A DNA stretch of 64,000 bases, taken from assembly GCA_007129255.1 (NCBI GenBank), contig SKVW01000014.1, forward strand, positions 166-64,165, given 5' to 3'. Under the pieces are notes generated by a model. It had not been told where the DNA came from. It searched no databases and saw only the letters and a program-made list of their open reading frames with translations. A program made the position numbers and the translations under genes. Source of the stretch: Bacteroidales bacterium. Lineage in GTDB: Bacteria > Bacteroidota > Bacteroidia > Bacteroidales > UBA7960. Below, in pieces: positions 56,109 through 64,000 of this stretch (its first letter is position 1; each line of letters begins with the position of its first letter).

Positions 56109-59100
56109 ATGAAGCAAAAAATTACATTTTTTGGATTAATTTCCCTGGTGTTGCTGCTGTTTACTACAACTGCAACATACGGACAGGCTCCTGTGGGAGC
56201 AAACTTCAATGGAGTAGTAAGGGATGCGACTACCGGGGAGACTTTGCCCGGGGCCACAATCATTGCTGTCCATGTTCCTTCCGGCACTCAATATGGTACT
56301 GTAACCCGTTCTGATGGGCGCTTCAACTTGCGCAACGTGCGGGTAGGTGGACCTTACACGTTAAGAGTCTCATTTGTTGGTTACCGGAGTGCCGAAGAAA
56401 CGGATATTAATTTGGAGCTTGGACAGGAATACACCATTACTTTTGAGTTGGTGGATGAGGCCGTTGAACTGGGAGAAGTAGCCATTATTGCACAACGAGA
56501 TGCTTTGATCTCGGGTAACCGCACAGGGGCCCGCTCCAGGGTGAGCCGCGAACAATTGGACGCCCTTCCCTCCATCAGCAGAAGTATACAGGATTTTACC
56601 CGTTTGAGTCCCCAGGTAAGTGGCAATAACATTGCCGGCCGGAGTGGACGCAGAAATGCCATTCATATTGATGGCGTTACTTTCGACGATCGTTTTGGTC
56701 TGGGAAGCGATGCCATTCCCACCATCGGCAACCCCATTTCCCTGGATGCCATTGAAGAATTCCAGGTGGCCATTGCCCCATACGATGTGCGTCAGGGCAA
56801 CTTTACCGGTGGAGCCATTAATGCCGTTACCCGCAGTGGGACCAACACTTTTGAAGGTTCTGCCTACTATTTTGGCCGGAATCAGGACTTTATCAGCGGA
56901 GAATTAATGGGAGAGGAAAGCCCCATTGATGATTTTATCGAATACCAGACCGGTTTGCGTCTTGGCGGCCCGGTGATTGAAAATGAATTGTTTTTCTTCA
57001 TTAATGCTGAAATCAAAAGGGAAAGCAGCCCGCTATTTGATTTTGGTGAGTCAAATTTTTTAGGAACCACAGGCGAGCTGGATGATATCATAGACATCGC
57101 CCAGAATGTCTGGGGGTATGATCCCGGTGGTTATGACCGCATGACCCAGCGCACCGACGACTGGAAAGTTTTTATGAAGTTCGACTGGAACCTTTCCAAC
57201 ATCCACAGGCTAACTTATCAGCAAAACCTGGTTAACGGATATGATGACCGCGGAATCTCCAGGGGAAGATTTGCTTTCTCCCTTGCCAATCGCCAATACC
57301 GCCAGCGTGGAAACCAGAGCAATTTCTCCTTGCAGTTAAATAGTGCCTGGTCTGAAAACCTGATTTCTGAGGCCAAAGTTGCCTATACCCGTTTACGTCA
57401 GGAAGCTGATTATGGCGATCCTTTCCCGAGCGTCAGGGTAGAGACCCCCAGTGGTTACAACGTGGACTTTGGCGTGGAAAGATTCCGTCATGCCAACCAA
57501 CTCGACCAGGACTATTTTGAGATCACGGCCAATATGACCTATTTTACCGGAGAACACACCCTGACCTTTGGAACCAACAACTACCTGAATACTTTCCGCA
57601 ACCTTTTTATTCAGGATGCACTGGGCACCTATACATTTGCTAATATATATGATGGTGAGGATCTTGTCCAAAGTGGTATTGAGCGTTTTGCCCTGGGTGC
57701 GCCCAACAGGTATCAGTTTAGCTATTCTACAGATGAAGCGCTTTACGGCAGACTTCCCGAAGCCAACTGGGGTTATAATACTTTTGCCGTTTATGCACAG
57801 GACGAATGGAGGGTAACTGACTTATTGAACCTGACTTTCGGGGTACGTGCCGACCTGACCGTATTCCCGGATGATCCGCCTAGCAATCCGACTTTTGCCC
57901 AGGATTTCCCAGGGTTTGATACCGGAAATGTTCCGGATCCAACCCTCCAGCTTAATCCCCGCGTTGGATTTAACTGGAATGACGGAGAAACCCAGATTCG
58001 TGGTGGGGTAGGTCTGTTCTCCGGTGGAGAACCCGGGGTATGGCTTTCCAACCAATACAGCAATACCGGTGTTGATGTTGCCCGGCTGGATGTCAGGGAT
58101 AATTTCGATGCCGGATTCTTTTCCCCCGACGTGGATAACCAGCCGAGGCCCGGAACAGCTGCCGGTTTGGATCCTATAGAAACCACCGAGGTGAACATTA
58201 CCGATCCCGACTTTAAGATAAACCAGATCCTGCGTGCCAATTTGGCCGTAGAACAGCGTTTACCATGGGACCTGGTAGGGACTGTGGAGGTATTATACAG
58301 CAACAACCTGCACGATATCGACTATCAGAACCTGAATCTTGGGCCGGCCAACCCCAACGTAACCATTACCGATGGACGCCCCTTCTATGGAGATGTTGAA
58401 TTTGACGAAAATGGCAATCCGGTATTCTCACAGGTTCGGACAAGCCCCAATTTTACAGATATCCTGTTACTTACCAATACAAACAAAGGAGAACAATACA
58501 GCATTACCGGTCAATTGCGCAAGGAATTCATTCGGGGTTGGTTTGCGGATGTTTCCTATACATTCTCTGACGGTACCTCTGTAAATGATGGTACTTCCAG
58601 CCGTGCAATCTCCAACTGGCAGTTCAATGAAGTGCCCGGAGATCCCAACAATGCTCCTGCAGCCAGGTCAACGCACATTACACGCCACAGGGTATTGGCT
58701 TCAGCTTCTTATCGCATGGACTATGGCAGGTATTCCACCATCTTCTCCTTTATTTATGAAGGAAGAACTGGAAACCCCTACCATTACATTTACTTTACCC
58801 CTTTTGCCAGCGGATTTAGTGCCAATGGCGACTACAGGGGTTCTAACGACCTGGTTTATGTGCCTGCTTCCGAAGATGAGGTTAACCTGGTTAGCGGCAA
58901 CTGGGACGAGCTGGATGCTTTTATCAGCGCCAATCCCGCTCTGGATGATTTCCGCGGACAAATCACCGATCGTGGAGCAGGTATCCAGCCATGGATACAC
59001 CACATGGACCTGCGTGTTTCCCAGCGCATCCGCACCACCGGCACCCAGTTCCTGGAGATCACCTTTGATATCATGAACTTCAACAACATGGTAGGTAGCC

Positions 59101-59324
59101 TGGTTGGTCAGGATTGGGGAATTGAAAGGTTTGCCTCTTTTGGCGCCGTATCTGAAATCACTTTCCTTGGATACGACGCAACCGAATTGGATGATGGCAC
59201 CATTGAGCTGAAACCCAGGATCTCTTTTGATCCCGACAGGGTACCAACCAATGAAGACCAGTTTACTATATCCAATCTGAACTCCAGATGGAGAGCACAG
59301 ATTGGTCTGCGCTATACCTTCTAA
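56109..59324 (+). CDS. TonB-dependent receptor with an N-terminal carboxypeptidase-regulatory-like domain (no SusD partner)
   Basis: 1071 aa: signal peptide, then a CarboxypepD_reg-like segment (GVVRDATTGETLPGATIIAVHVPSGTQYGTVTRSDGRFNL), a plug region and a long barrel ending GLRYTF. Confidence 0.85.
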   Translation: MKQKITFFGLISLVLLLFTTTATYGQAPVGANFNGVVRDATTGETLPGATIIAVHVPSGTQYGTVTRSDGRFNLRNVRVGGPYTLRVSFVGYRSAEETDINLELGQEYTITFELVDEAVELGEVAIIAQRDALISGNRTGARSRVSREQLDALPSISRSIQDFTRLSPQVSGNNIAGRSGRRNAIHIDGVTFDDRFGLGSDAIPTIGNPISLDAIEEFQVAIAPYDVRQGNFTGGAINAVTRSGTNTFEGSAYYFGRNQDFISGELMGEESPIDDFIEYQTGLRLGGPVIENELFFFINAEIKRESSPLFDFGESNFLGTTGELDDIIDIAQNVWGYDPGGYDRMTQRTDDWKVFMKFDWNLSNIHRLTYQQNLVNGYDDRGISRGRFAFSLANRQYRQRGNQSNFSLQLNSAWSENLISEAKVAYTRLRQEADYGDPFPSVRVETPSGYNVDFGVERFRHANQLDQDYFEITANMTYFTGEHTLTFGTNNYLNTFRNLFIQDALGTYTFANIYDGEDLVQSGIERFALGAPNRYQFSYSTDEALYGRLPEANWGYNTFAVYAQDEWRVTDLLNLTFGVRADLTVFPDDPPSNPTFAQDFPGFDTGNVPDPTLQLNPRVGFNWNDGETQIRGGVGLFSGGEPGVWLSNQYSNTGVDVARLDVRDNFDAGFFSPDVDNQPRPGTAAGLDPIETTEVNITDPDFKINQILRANLAVEQRLPWDLVGTVEVLYSNNLHDIDYQNLNLGPANPNVTITDGRPFYGDVEFDENGNPVFSQVRTSPNFTDILLLTNTNKGEQYSITGQLRKEFIRGWFADVSYTFSDGTSVNDGTSSRAISNWQFNEVPGDPNNAPAARSTHITRHRVLASASYRMDYGRYSTIFSFIYEGRTGNPYHYIYFTPFASGFSANGDYRGSNDLVYVPASEDEVNLVSGNWDELDAFISANPALDDFRGQITDRGAGIQPWIHHMDLRVSQRIRTTGTQFLEITFDIMNFNNMVGSLVGQDWGIERFASFGAVSEITFLGYDATELDDGTIELKPRISFDPDRVPTNEDQFTISNLNSRWRAQIGLRYTF

Positions 59325-59354
59325 TTTCCTGAAGAATTTTTAAGCCTGCATAAG

Positions 59355-59386
59355 AACCGCCTCTTAACCGGGGGCGGTTTTTTTTT
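59355..59386 (+). terminator. Rho-independent terminator after the TonB-dependent receptor
   Basis: AACCGCC (59355-59361) pairs with GGCGGTT (59373-59379), followed by a run of T. Confidence 0.85.
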
Positions 59387-59479
59387 GATTAGAATTGTTC
59401 TTTTTCCTGTATAAAACAAACCAAAAGCTCCTTATTTTGTTAACCTTTTATATCAGTAAACCAAAAGAATACGAATAGT

Positions 59480-59797
59480 ATGTTACATATAACCAAAAAA
59501 GCTGTTGCGGAATTCAAGTCTCTTCTTCAGGAAGCCGGACTTCCCAATGGTGGTATCCGGATTTTCTCTTCGGGCACCGGTTGTTGCTCGGGTTCTGCCT
59601 TTCAACTCGAAATTTCCCGGAAACCCGGGACCCATGACAAGGTATTTGATTTTGACGGGTTAAAGGCTTTTGTTGCTCCTTCTGCCATGGAAATGGCCGG
59701 ACGTGCTACCCTTGACTTCTTTCCCCATAAGGAGAACCCGGGCTTCCAGGTGCTTTGGCAAAACGGGGAAGCTCCTCCTGGTTGCGGGTGTAATTAA
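59480..59797 (+). CDS. HesB/IscA-like iron-sulfur cluster insertion protein (divergent)
   Basis: 105 aa. MLHITKKAVAEFKSLL..GGIRIFSSGTGCCSGSAFQLE.. It ends PPGCGCN, resembling the IscA Cys...CGC signature. Confidence 0.65.
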   Translation: MLHITKKAVAEFKSLLQEAGLPNGGIRIFSSGTGCCSGSAFQLEISRKPGTHDKVFDFDGLKAFVAPSAMEMAGRATLDFFPHKENPGFQVLWQNGEAPPGCGCN

Positions 59798-59892
59798 CCC
59801 TTTGTTGTCAAAGATTGTTTGCGATTTTTCAGGTTTCCCTGACCTTTTTCTTTTTTTATTTTATTTTTGTCCCCGCTTAGCTTTTTTTAGCG

Positions 59893-59912
59893 ATAGCAAA
59901 ATACTTTGCTAT
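59893..59912. promoter_or_regulatory. Perfect palindrome ATAGCAAA-ATAC-TTTGCTAT upstream of the lipoprotein gene
   Basis: 8-4-8 inverted repeat 49 nt upstream of ATG 59961. Possibly an operator; no regulator identified. Confidence 0.25.
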
Positions 59913-59960
59913 AGTGATTATGAAATTAATTATCAGTTATCATTTTACTTAAAGTTGATT

Positions 59961-60497
59961 ATGAGAGCTTTGAACTTCATTACCAGTTTGTTTATTCTTG
60001 TTTTTATTGTCGGGTTCAATGCCTGTCAAACCAATAATTTTCCCGGAGAGAAAGAAGCCTTGCAGGTGGTTACCCGTCACTTTGAAGCCCCGTCATATAA
60101 AGGGTATGTGGAAGTTTTGGAAATTGATGAGTTGGAAGGCCGGGAAAGCACATATATGGATACCCGCTTTTATGACTTGCAATTTGTTATGAAGGTAGAA
60201 GTGAGCAAAGCCAATGTCATTTCCCGTCATTTCCTTCCCGACCGCTTCCAGGTAAATGAAGAGTGGGCAAGTTCATACCATATCCGCATGGAGCGGGCAA
60301 CAACTATGGAAGAAAAACAGGAAGTAAAAGAATTTTATAACTCCAGGACTTTCTCGGAAGGGAAACACCGAATCGGTGTAAACCTGACGTTTTCAGAACT
60401 GGACGGCCGGTGGTTTTTTTCCAGCCTCTCGATGACGCCACTCAGGGAAGGAAAGCCTTTTGAAAAAGATGATCTTAAAATAGGAGATGATCTTTAA
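59961..60497 (+). CDS. Lipoprotein of unknown function
   Basis: The track ORF 59670..60497 overlaps the IscA-like gene. The internal ATG 59961 gives MRALNFITSLFILVFIVGFNAC (signal peptide + lipobox). Confidence 0.55.
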   Translation: MRALNFITSLFILVFIVGFNACQTNNFPGEKEALQVVTRHFEAPSYKGYVEVLEIDELEGRESTYMDTRFYDLQFVMKVEVSKANVISRHFLPDRFQVNEEWASSYHIRMERATTMEEKQEVKEFYNSRTFSEGKHRIGVNLTFSELDGRWFFSSLSMTPLREGKPFEKDDLKIGDDL

Positions 60498-62773
60498 AAG
60501 GCCCAGCCTAAGTTGATATATCCGGAAAATTTATTGGTCTGGGGACTATATGAAAAGGTGACTTCCATGGGCCCGATGGCCGATAAATAACCGATACTGG
60601 CCCCGGCTCCCATTATTAAATTATCCGAAGAAAGTTTTTCCACCTGTCCGATATCAAAATCATATAAAGCAGCGTTGAATAAGGCGCTTGTGGAAAATCC
60701 GCTTCCAAGATCCTTTCTCCATCCAAGGGCACCTGCAATGACTGCATCCGACAGCACTTCATATTCATTAAGCCCGGCAAATACTAATTGGTTTTTAAGG
60801 AAATGATAGGTTCCGCCAAGGTTGAAATTATTGATGAACCCCTGTTCGTAAGCAAAATTATATCCTGCCTGGAATTGGGTAAAATTGGTAACGCCTCCTC
60901 CAAGCGGGCTATAGGTTTCCCAGTTGAATCTGAGCTGGAAATAATTGCTGATGTTGATGCCCGCATCCTCCAGACCATAACGTTCTTCTCCGTCAATAGT
61001 GGTTTTCAGTGATGGTTTCTGGTTAAAGAAATACGATCCCCTGATCATTACCCTCTGGCCACGCAAGGGAAATGCATGTCGGTCCAGGCTGTTGTATCGC
61101 CATCTTCCGAATAATTCCATGGAACGGTTATGTCCGCGAATTTCCTCATTAGCGCGGATATTGGGCGACAGGCTTTGATAGTAGTATCCCCATCCGGCAG
61201 ATAAATAGCCATGGCGGGCAGTGGTTTGATTAATTGATCCTTCGCCTCTGAGGTAGGTTTGGCTGTATTCAGCGGTTTTCTCAAAATCAATGAATACCGG
61301 GAAAACCAGGTAATTTGCCCTTACTTCCAAGTTTAACCATCTTTTTTGTGCTTCATCAAGGTTAAGGTGAATTCCTGCCTTAAATGAAGGTTTCTCCCCA
61401 ATGCTGGTTCTGACATAAGCAGATGAATTGTAAGTTAGGAACCTGCTGGTGGATAGCTCCCCAATCAGCCCAACTCCGGTAAAAGAACTGTAATGGATCC
61501 CAGCTGCCAATTGAGCCATTGGCCGTTCGGAGAGTTCGAGAGATAAAAGCACCCTGTTTCCCCCTGGCCTAGGGATTACCCGGTAGTGGATCCTGTCGAA
61601 AAGGGCCGTGGCATGCAGCTGTTTAATGGACAGATTGATGGTTTCAGGTGAAACCGTATCTCCCTTACGGATGTTCAGATTGTTCCGAACCGCCCAGGGT
61701 TTAATATCTTTCAAGCCATGGTATGCAACAGAATCAATAATCAGTGCTTCCGGATGACTTAGGGCTTTCTGTTCTTTTTTCCGAACCTGATGTTCGCTAT
61801 GTCCATGTTTTTCAGCTAATTGTTTGAATTCCCGGTAATATTCTTTTCCGGCAATTTTACCCTGTTCAATAATCTCCTTTGCGCTGCCAAAGCTGGCAGC
61901 AGTAAATTCATTCAGATCAGGGGCAATGTATAAGTCGGTTTGTTTAAAATCTTCAGGAAAGCTCAGGGCATCCCTGTAAAAACCAAGCTGGTATAAAATA
62001 TCTATGGGGGAGGTAAGCTTCTCGGCGGGTCTGAGCCCCTGCGAAACATTTATTCCAATGGCAAAGTCAGCACCCATTTCCTTAACAAGGGATACAGGGA
62101 AGTTTTGCACCACTCCTCCGTCTATGAGGCGCCTGTTCTCTATTTCTACTGTGGTGAATACCGATGGAATCGCCATGCTGGCCCTGATGGCTTTTACCAG
62201 GTCTCCCTCGCGCAAAACCACGGCCTCTCCGGTACCCAGATCGGTGGCCACGCAGGCAAAGGGAATCGGGAGTTCGTCAAAGTTTTGCACCTTGTATACT
62301 GGAAGAAAGATTTTATTGAGCAGGTTCCATAGTTCCTGCCCCTCAATGGCCCCTGAGGGTAAACGAAATTGCCAGTCTTCTATGGGAAGCTCAAGAATAT
62401 GGCGTCCGTGGTCTTCTTTTTTTCTGGGATGCACATTCCGTAAATCGGGTCTGCGCGTAAAAATCCGCTCCCAGTCCACCGAAAGGGCTATTTTTTCTAT
62501 TTCAGCCGCAGTGTATCCGGCAGCGTACATACCGCCGATAATGCTGCCCATGCTGGTTCCGGTAATGTAATCGATCTGAAGCCCTGCACTGTCTATGGCA
62601 TGTAAAATTCCTATATGGGCAAACCCCTTGGCACCACCTCCGCTTAAGGTAAGGCCAATTTTTGGACGGGTTTCTTTTGCCGGTTCATCCCCTGCAAAAG
62701 CCAACCCCGGGCCAGAAAAAGCAGTTGAAAAAAAAACCCATAACCCCACCATAACCGCCGGAATAATTTTCAT
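60494..62773 (-). CDS. Patatin-like phospholipase fused to an Omp85/surface-antigen beta-barrel (PlpD-like, type Vd architecture)
   Basis: The track start 62785 is GTG; ATG 62773 gives MKIIPAVMVGLWVFFSTAFS. Patatin motifs are LSGGGAKGFAHIG, GTSMGSIIG and DGG. The C-terminal ~350 aa are barrel-like and end NLGWAF. Confidence 0.8.
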   Translation of the reverse strand: MKIIPAVMVGLWVFFSTAFSGPGLAFAGDEPAKETRPKIGLTLSGGGAKGFAHIGILHAIDSAGLQIDYITGTSMGSIIGGMYAAGYTAAEIEKIALSVDWERIFTRRPDLRNVHPRKKEDHGRHILELPIEDWQFRLPSGAIEGQELWNLLNKIFLPVYKVQNFDELPIPFACVATDLGTGEAVVLREGDLVKAIRASMAIPSVFTTVEIENRRLIDGGVVQNFPVSLVKEMGADFAIGINVSQGLRPAEKLTSPIDILYQLGFYRDALSFPEDFKQTDLYIAPDLNEFTAASFGSAKEIIEQGKIAGKEYYREFKQLAEKHGHSEHQVRKKEQKALSHPEALIIDSVAYHGLKDIKPWAVRNNLNIRKGDTVSPETINLSIKQLHATALFDRIHYRVIPRPGGNRVLLSLELSERPMAQLAAGIHYSSFTGVGLIGELSTSRFLTYNSSAYVRTSIGEKPSFKAGIHLNLDEAQKRWLNLEVRANYLVFPVFIDFEKTAEYSQTYLRGEGSINQTTARHGYLSAGWGYYYQSLSPNIRANEEIRGHNRSMELFGRWRYNSLDRHAFPLRGQRVMIRGSYFFNQKPSLKTTIDGEERYGLEDAGINISNYFQLRFNWETYSPLGGGVTNFTQFQAGYNFAYEQGFINNFNLGGTYHFLKNQLVFAGLNEYEVLSDAVIAGALGWRKDLGSGFSTSALFNAALYDFDIGQVEKLSSDNLIMGAGASIGYLSAIGPMEVTFSYSPQTNKFSGYINLGWAF

Positions 62774-62796
62774 GGTTTGCCTCACTTGATATTATT

Positions 62797-62804
62797 CAAA
62801 AATA
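62797..62804 (-). promoter_or_regulatory. -7 box TATTTTTG upstream of the patatin-Omp85 gene
   Basis: Minus-strand exact TAnnTTTG match 24 nt upstream of ATG 62773. Confidence 0.4.
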
Positions 62805-62808
62805 ATGG

Positions 62809-62823
62809 ATTTTCCCGGAAAAT
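62809..62823. promoter_or_regulatory. Palindrome ATTTTCC-C-GGAAAAT in the divergent region between the patatin and HMA genes
   Basis: 7-1-7 inverted repeat. Possibly an operator; function unknown. Confidence 0.2.
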
Positions 62824-62919
62824 GGAATGCTTCCAAATGAAAGGTAATTTTTCCGAATCCATCACGGAACAATTTTTTTTAAAATTTGTTACTTGGAATG
62901 AATTTAAACTGCAAAAACT

Positions 62920-63327
62920 ATGAAAAACCCAATCAGAATATCCGGTTTTTTGATGTTTCTAATGATTATTTTTTCGGGGTTTTCAGCAAATGCCCTTGAA
63001 AAGGAAGAAACTTCGAATACCCCCGGAGAGGCAGAGTTTACCGTGCTGGGACTATGCGGCATGTGTAAAGAGCGAATCGAACAGGCCGCCTACAGTGTGA
63101 GAGGGGTACGCAGGGCCGAATGGGATCAGGAGAGTCAGAAACTATCGGTACGATACCGGCCCAACCGCACCAGCCAGGAAGAAATTGAGAGGACCATTGC
63201 CAAAGCCGGCCATGACACTGAAAACTTTTTGACCAGCGATGAGAAACATGCCAATTTGCATCATTGCTGTGTTTACCCCCGGGATCCGGAAAAGTTAAAA
63301 ACCAGCAAAAGGTATGATGAGGAATAA
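62920..63327 (+). CDS. Exported heavy-metal-associated (HMA) domain protein
   Basis: 135 aa with an N-terminal signal/anchor, then an HMA fold with metal motif GLCGMCKERIE. Confidence 0.7.
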   Translation: MKNPIRISGFLMFLMIIFSGFSANALEKEETSNTPGEAEFTVLGLCGMCKERIEQAAYSVRGVRRAEWDQESQKLSVRYRPNRTSQEEIERTIAKAGHDTENFLTSDEKHANLHHCCVYPRDPEKLKTSKRYDEE

Positions 63328-63348
63328 CCGGTGAAAAGCGCATCCAAA

Positions 63349-63564
63349 ATGAAAAAAGAATATAAAATTCAAGGGCTTCACTGCCATGTATGTGTGGACA
63401 AGATCAGGACTTCCCTTGCTGGTATCAATGGAGTGGAAAGTGTTTTTGTGGATATGGGCGAGGGTGAAGTGCATATCCGTTTTTCTGATGAAATACCAGT
63501 TGACAGGCTCAATATGATTATCGGTGAACTAGGTGATTATCGAATGATTGAAAAAAATTCATAA
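63349..63564 (+). CDS. Small HMA-domain protein (copper-chaperone-like)
   Basis: The track start 63331 is GTG; ATG 63349 gives MKKEYKIQGLHCHVCVDKIRTSL, with a CxxC metal motif. Confidence 0.65.
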   Translation: MKKEYKIQGLHCHVCVDKIRTSLAGINGVESVFVDMGEGEVHIRFSDEIPVDRLNMIIGELGDYRMIEKNS

Positions 63565-63575
63565 TTTTGCCTTGA

Positions 63576-64000
63576 ATGAAAAAATGGTTTCGCCATATCA
63601 TTGCCATTCTGCTTGCATTCATGTTTCTGGTTTCATTTACCGGGATCAGGATGCTGATCCATCATTGCCTTTCGTGTGACACCACCGAATATGCTTTTGC
63701 CTTGCAGGCAGAGGATTGTTGTGGTGGGATCCATCATCACCATGAGGCAGCATGCTGTGAAGTAGCTGATGATATGGAGGGGGCTTGTGATATGCAAGAA
63801 TCCAATCATTGCTGCGAAACCGAAATTCAATACCTGAAAAATGAATATCAGGTTGCCCAGGAAAGGTTGCTTCCCAAAGTGTTGCCTGTTGAGATGGCCG
63901 CCCTTCCTTTAGATTTTTCCAATCTGCAGCCGGAGCCTTCCGTTCTGAAAAGCACAGGAAACATTACCTTTATTCCCCCTCCACCAAAGCTTACCGGGAG
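63576..64000 (+). CDS. Cys/His-rich membrane-anchored protein resembling the HYC_CC_PP family (3' end beyond the window)
   Basis: Absent from the ORF track because it has no in-window stop. My translation gives MKKWFRHIIAILLAFMFLVSFTGIRMLIHHCLSCD..DCCGGIHHHHEAACCE..NHCCETE..FIPPPPKL, open to position 64000. Confidence 0.55.
   Translation, partial: MKKWFRHIIAILLAFMFLVSFTGIRMLIHHCLSCDTTEYAFALQAEDCCGGIHHHHEAACCEVADDMEGACDMQESNHCCETEIQYLKNEYQVAQERLLPKVLPVEMAALPLDFSNLQPEPSVLKSTGNITFIPPPPKLTG

Noticed and set aside
1-64000. Window-wide search for CRISPR repeats, transposases/IS ends, integrases, phage structural genes, toxin-antitoxin pairs and known defence-system signatures
   Set aside because: None was recognised in the ORF translations or in the intergenic sequence. 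The only tRNA (1422-1492) has no adjacent integrase or direct repeat of its 3' end that I could see.

Overview
This 64-kb segment reads as a Bacteroidota chromosome. It carries a type-B T9SS C-terminal sorting domain, a GldA-like ABC ATPase and recurrent TAnnTTTG -7 promoter boxes, and I see no Shine-Dalgarno sequences upstream of starts. I call about 50 protein genes and one tRNA-Gln(UUG). All calls come from reading the ORF track and sequence by eye; no database search was run, and every family name below is motif recognition.

Most of the window is housekeeping: rimP-nusA-infB, pgi, tdk, rsmI, lepA, the yceD-rpmF-plsX-fabH cluster, MazG-like/dtd/rsgA, gldA-like, metK, nadD, gmk and yicC. 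Two real CDSs run off the window edges and are missing from the ORF track (1..779 minus strand; 63576..64000 plus strand). Several track ORFs begin at upstream TTG/GTG codons. I moved those starts to downstream ATGs where the N-terminus or a promoter box supports it.

The accessory content is:
- a DUF2723/TMEM260-like membrane glycosyltransferase;
- a T9SS cargo protein;
- a sensor-nucleotidyltransferase/phosphoesterase gene pair;
- an ECF sigma with an unusual partner protein;
- a roughly 1076-aa fused flavo-iron-sulfur oxidoreductase;
- two hybrid histidine kinases;
- a PhoB/PhoR-like pair with a TonB-dependent receptor;
- a patatin-Omp85 fusion;
- a small metal-handling cluster.

I found no CRISPR array, IS/transposase, integrase, prophage gene or recognisable defence system.

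The most system-like locus I cannot explain with a named pathway is a tightly coupled minus-strand operon at 41571-46233. It encodes an orphan receiver, a TPR + YaiO-type outer-membrane barrel, a HEAT-repeat membrane protein and a processive GT2 synthase, and it sits next to two hybrid kinases. It looks like a synthase-dependent exopolysaccharide secretion machine gated by phosphorelay rather than by a recognisable c-di-GMP module.

Secondary leads are the sensor-NTase/metallophosphoesterase pair (20431-22168), a 600-bp ORF-free structured region (24499-25095), and the divergent control region plus fused oxidoreductase (28742-32281).
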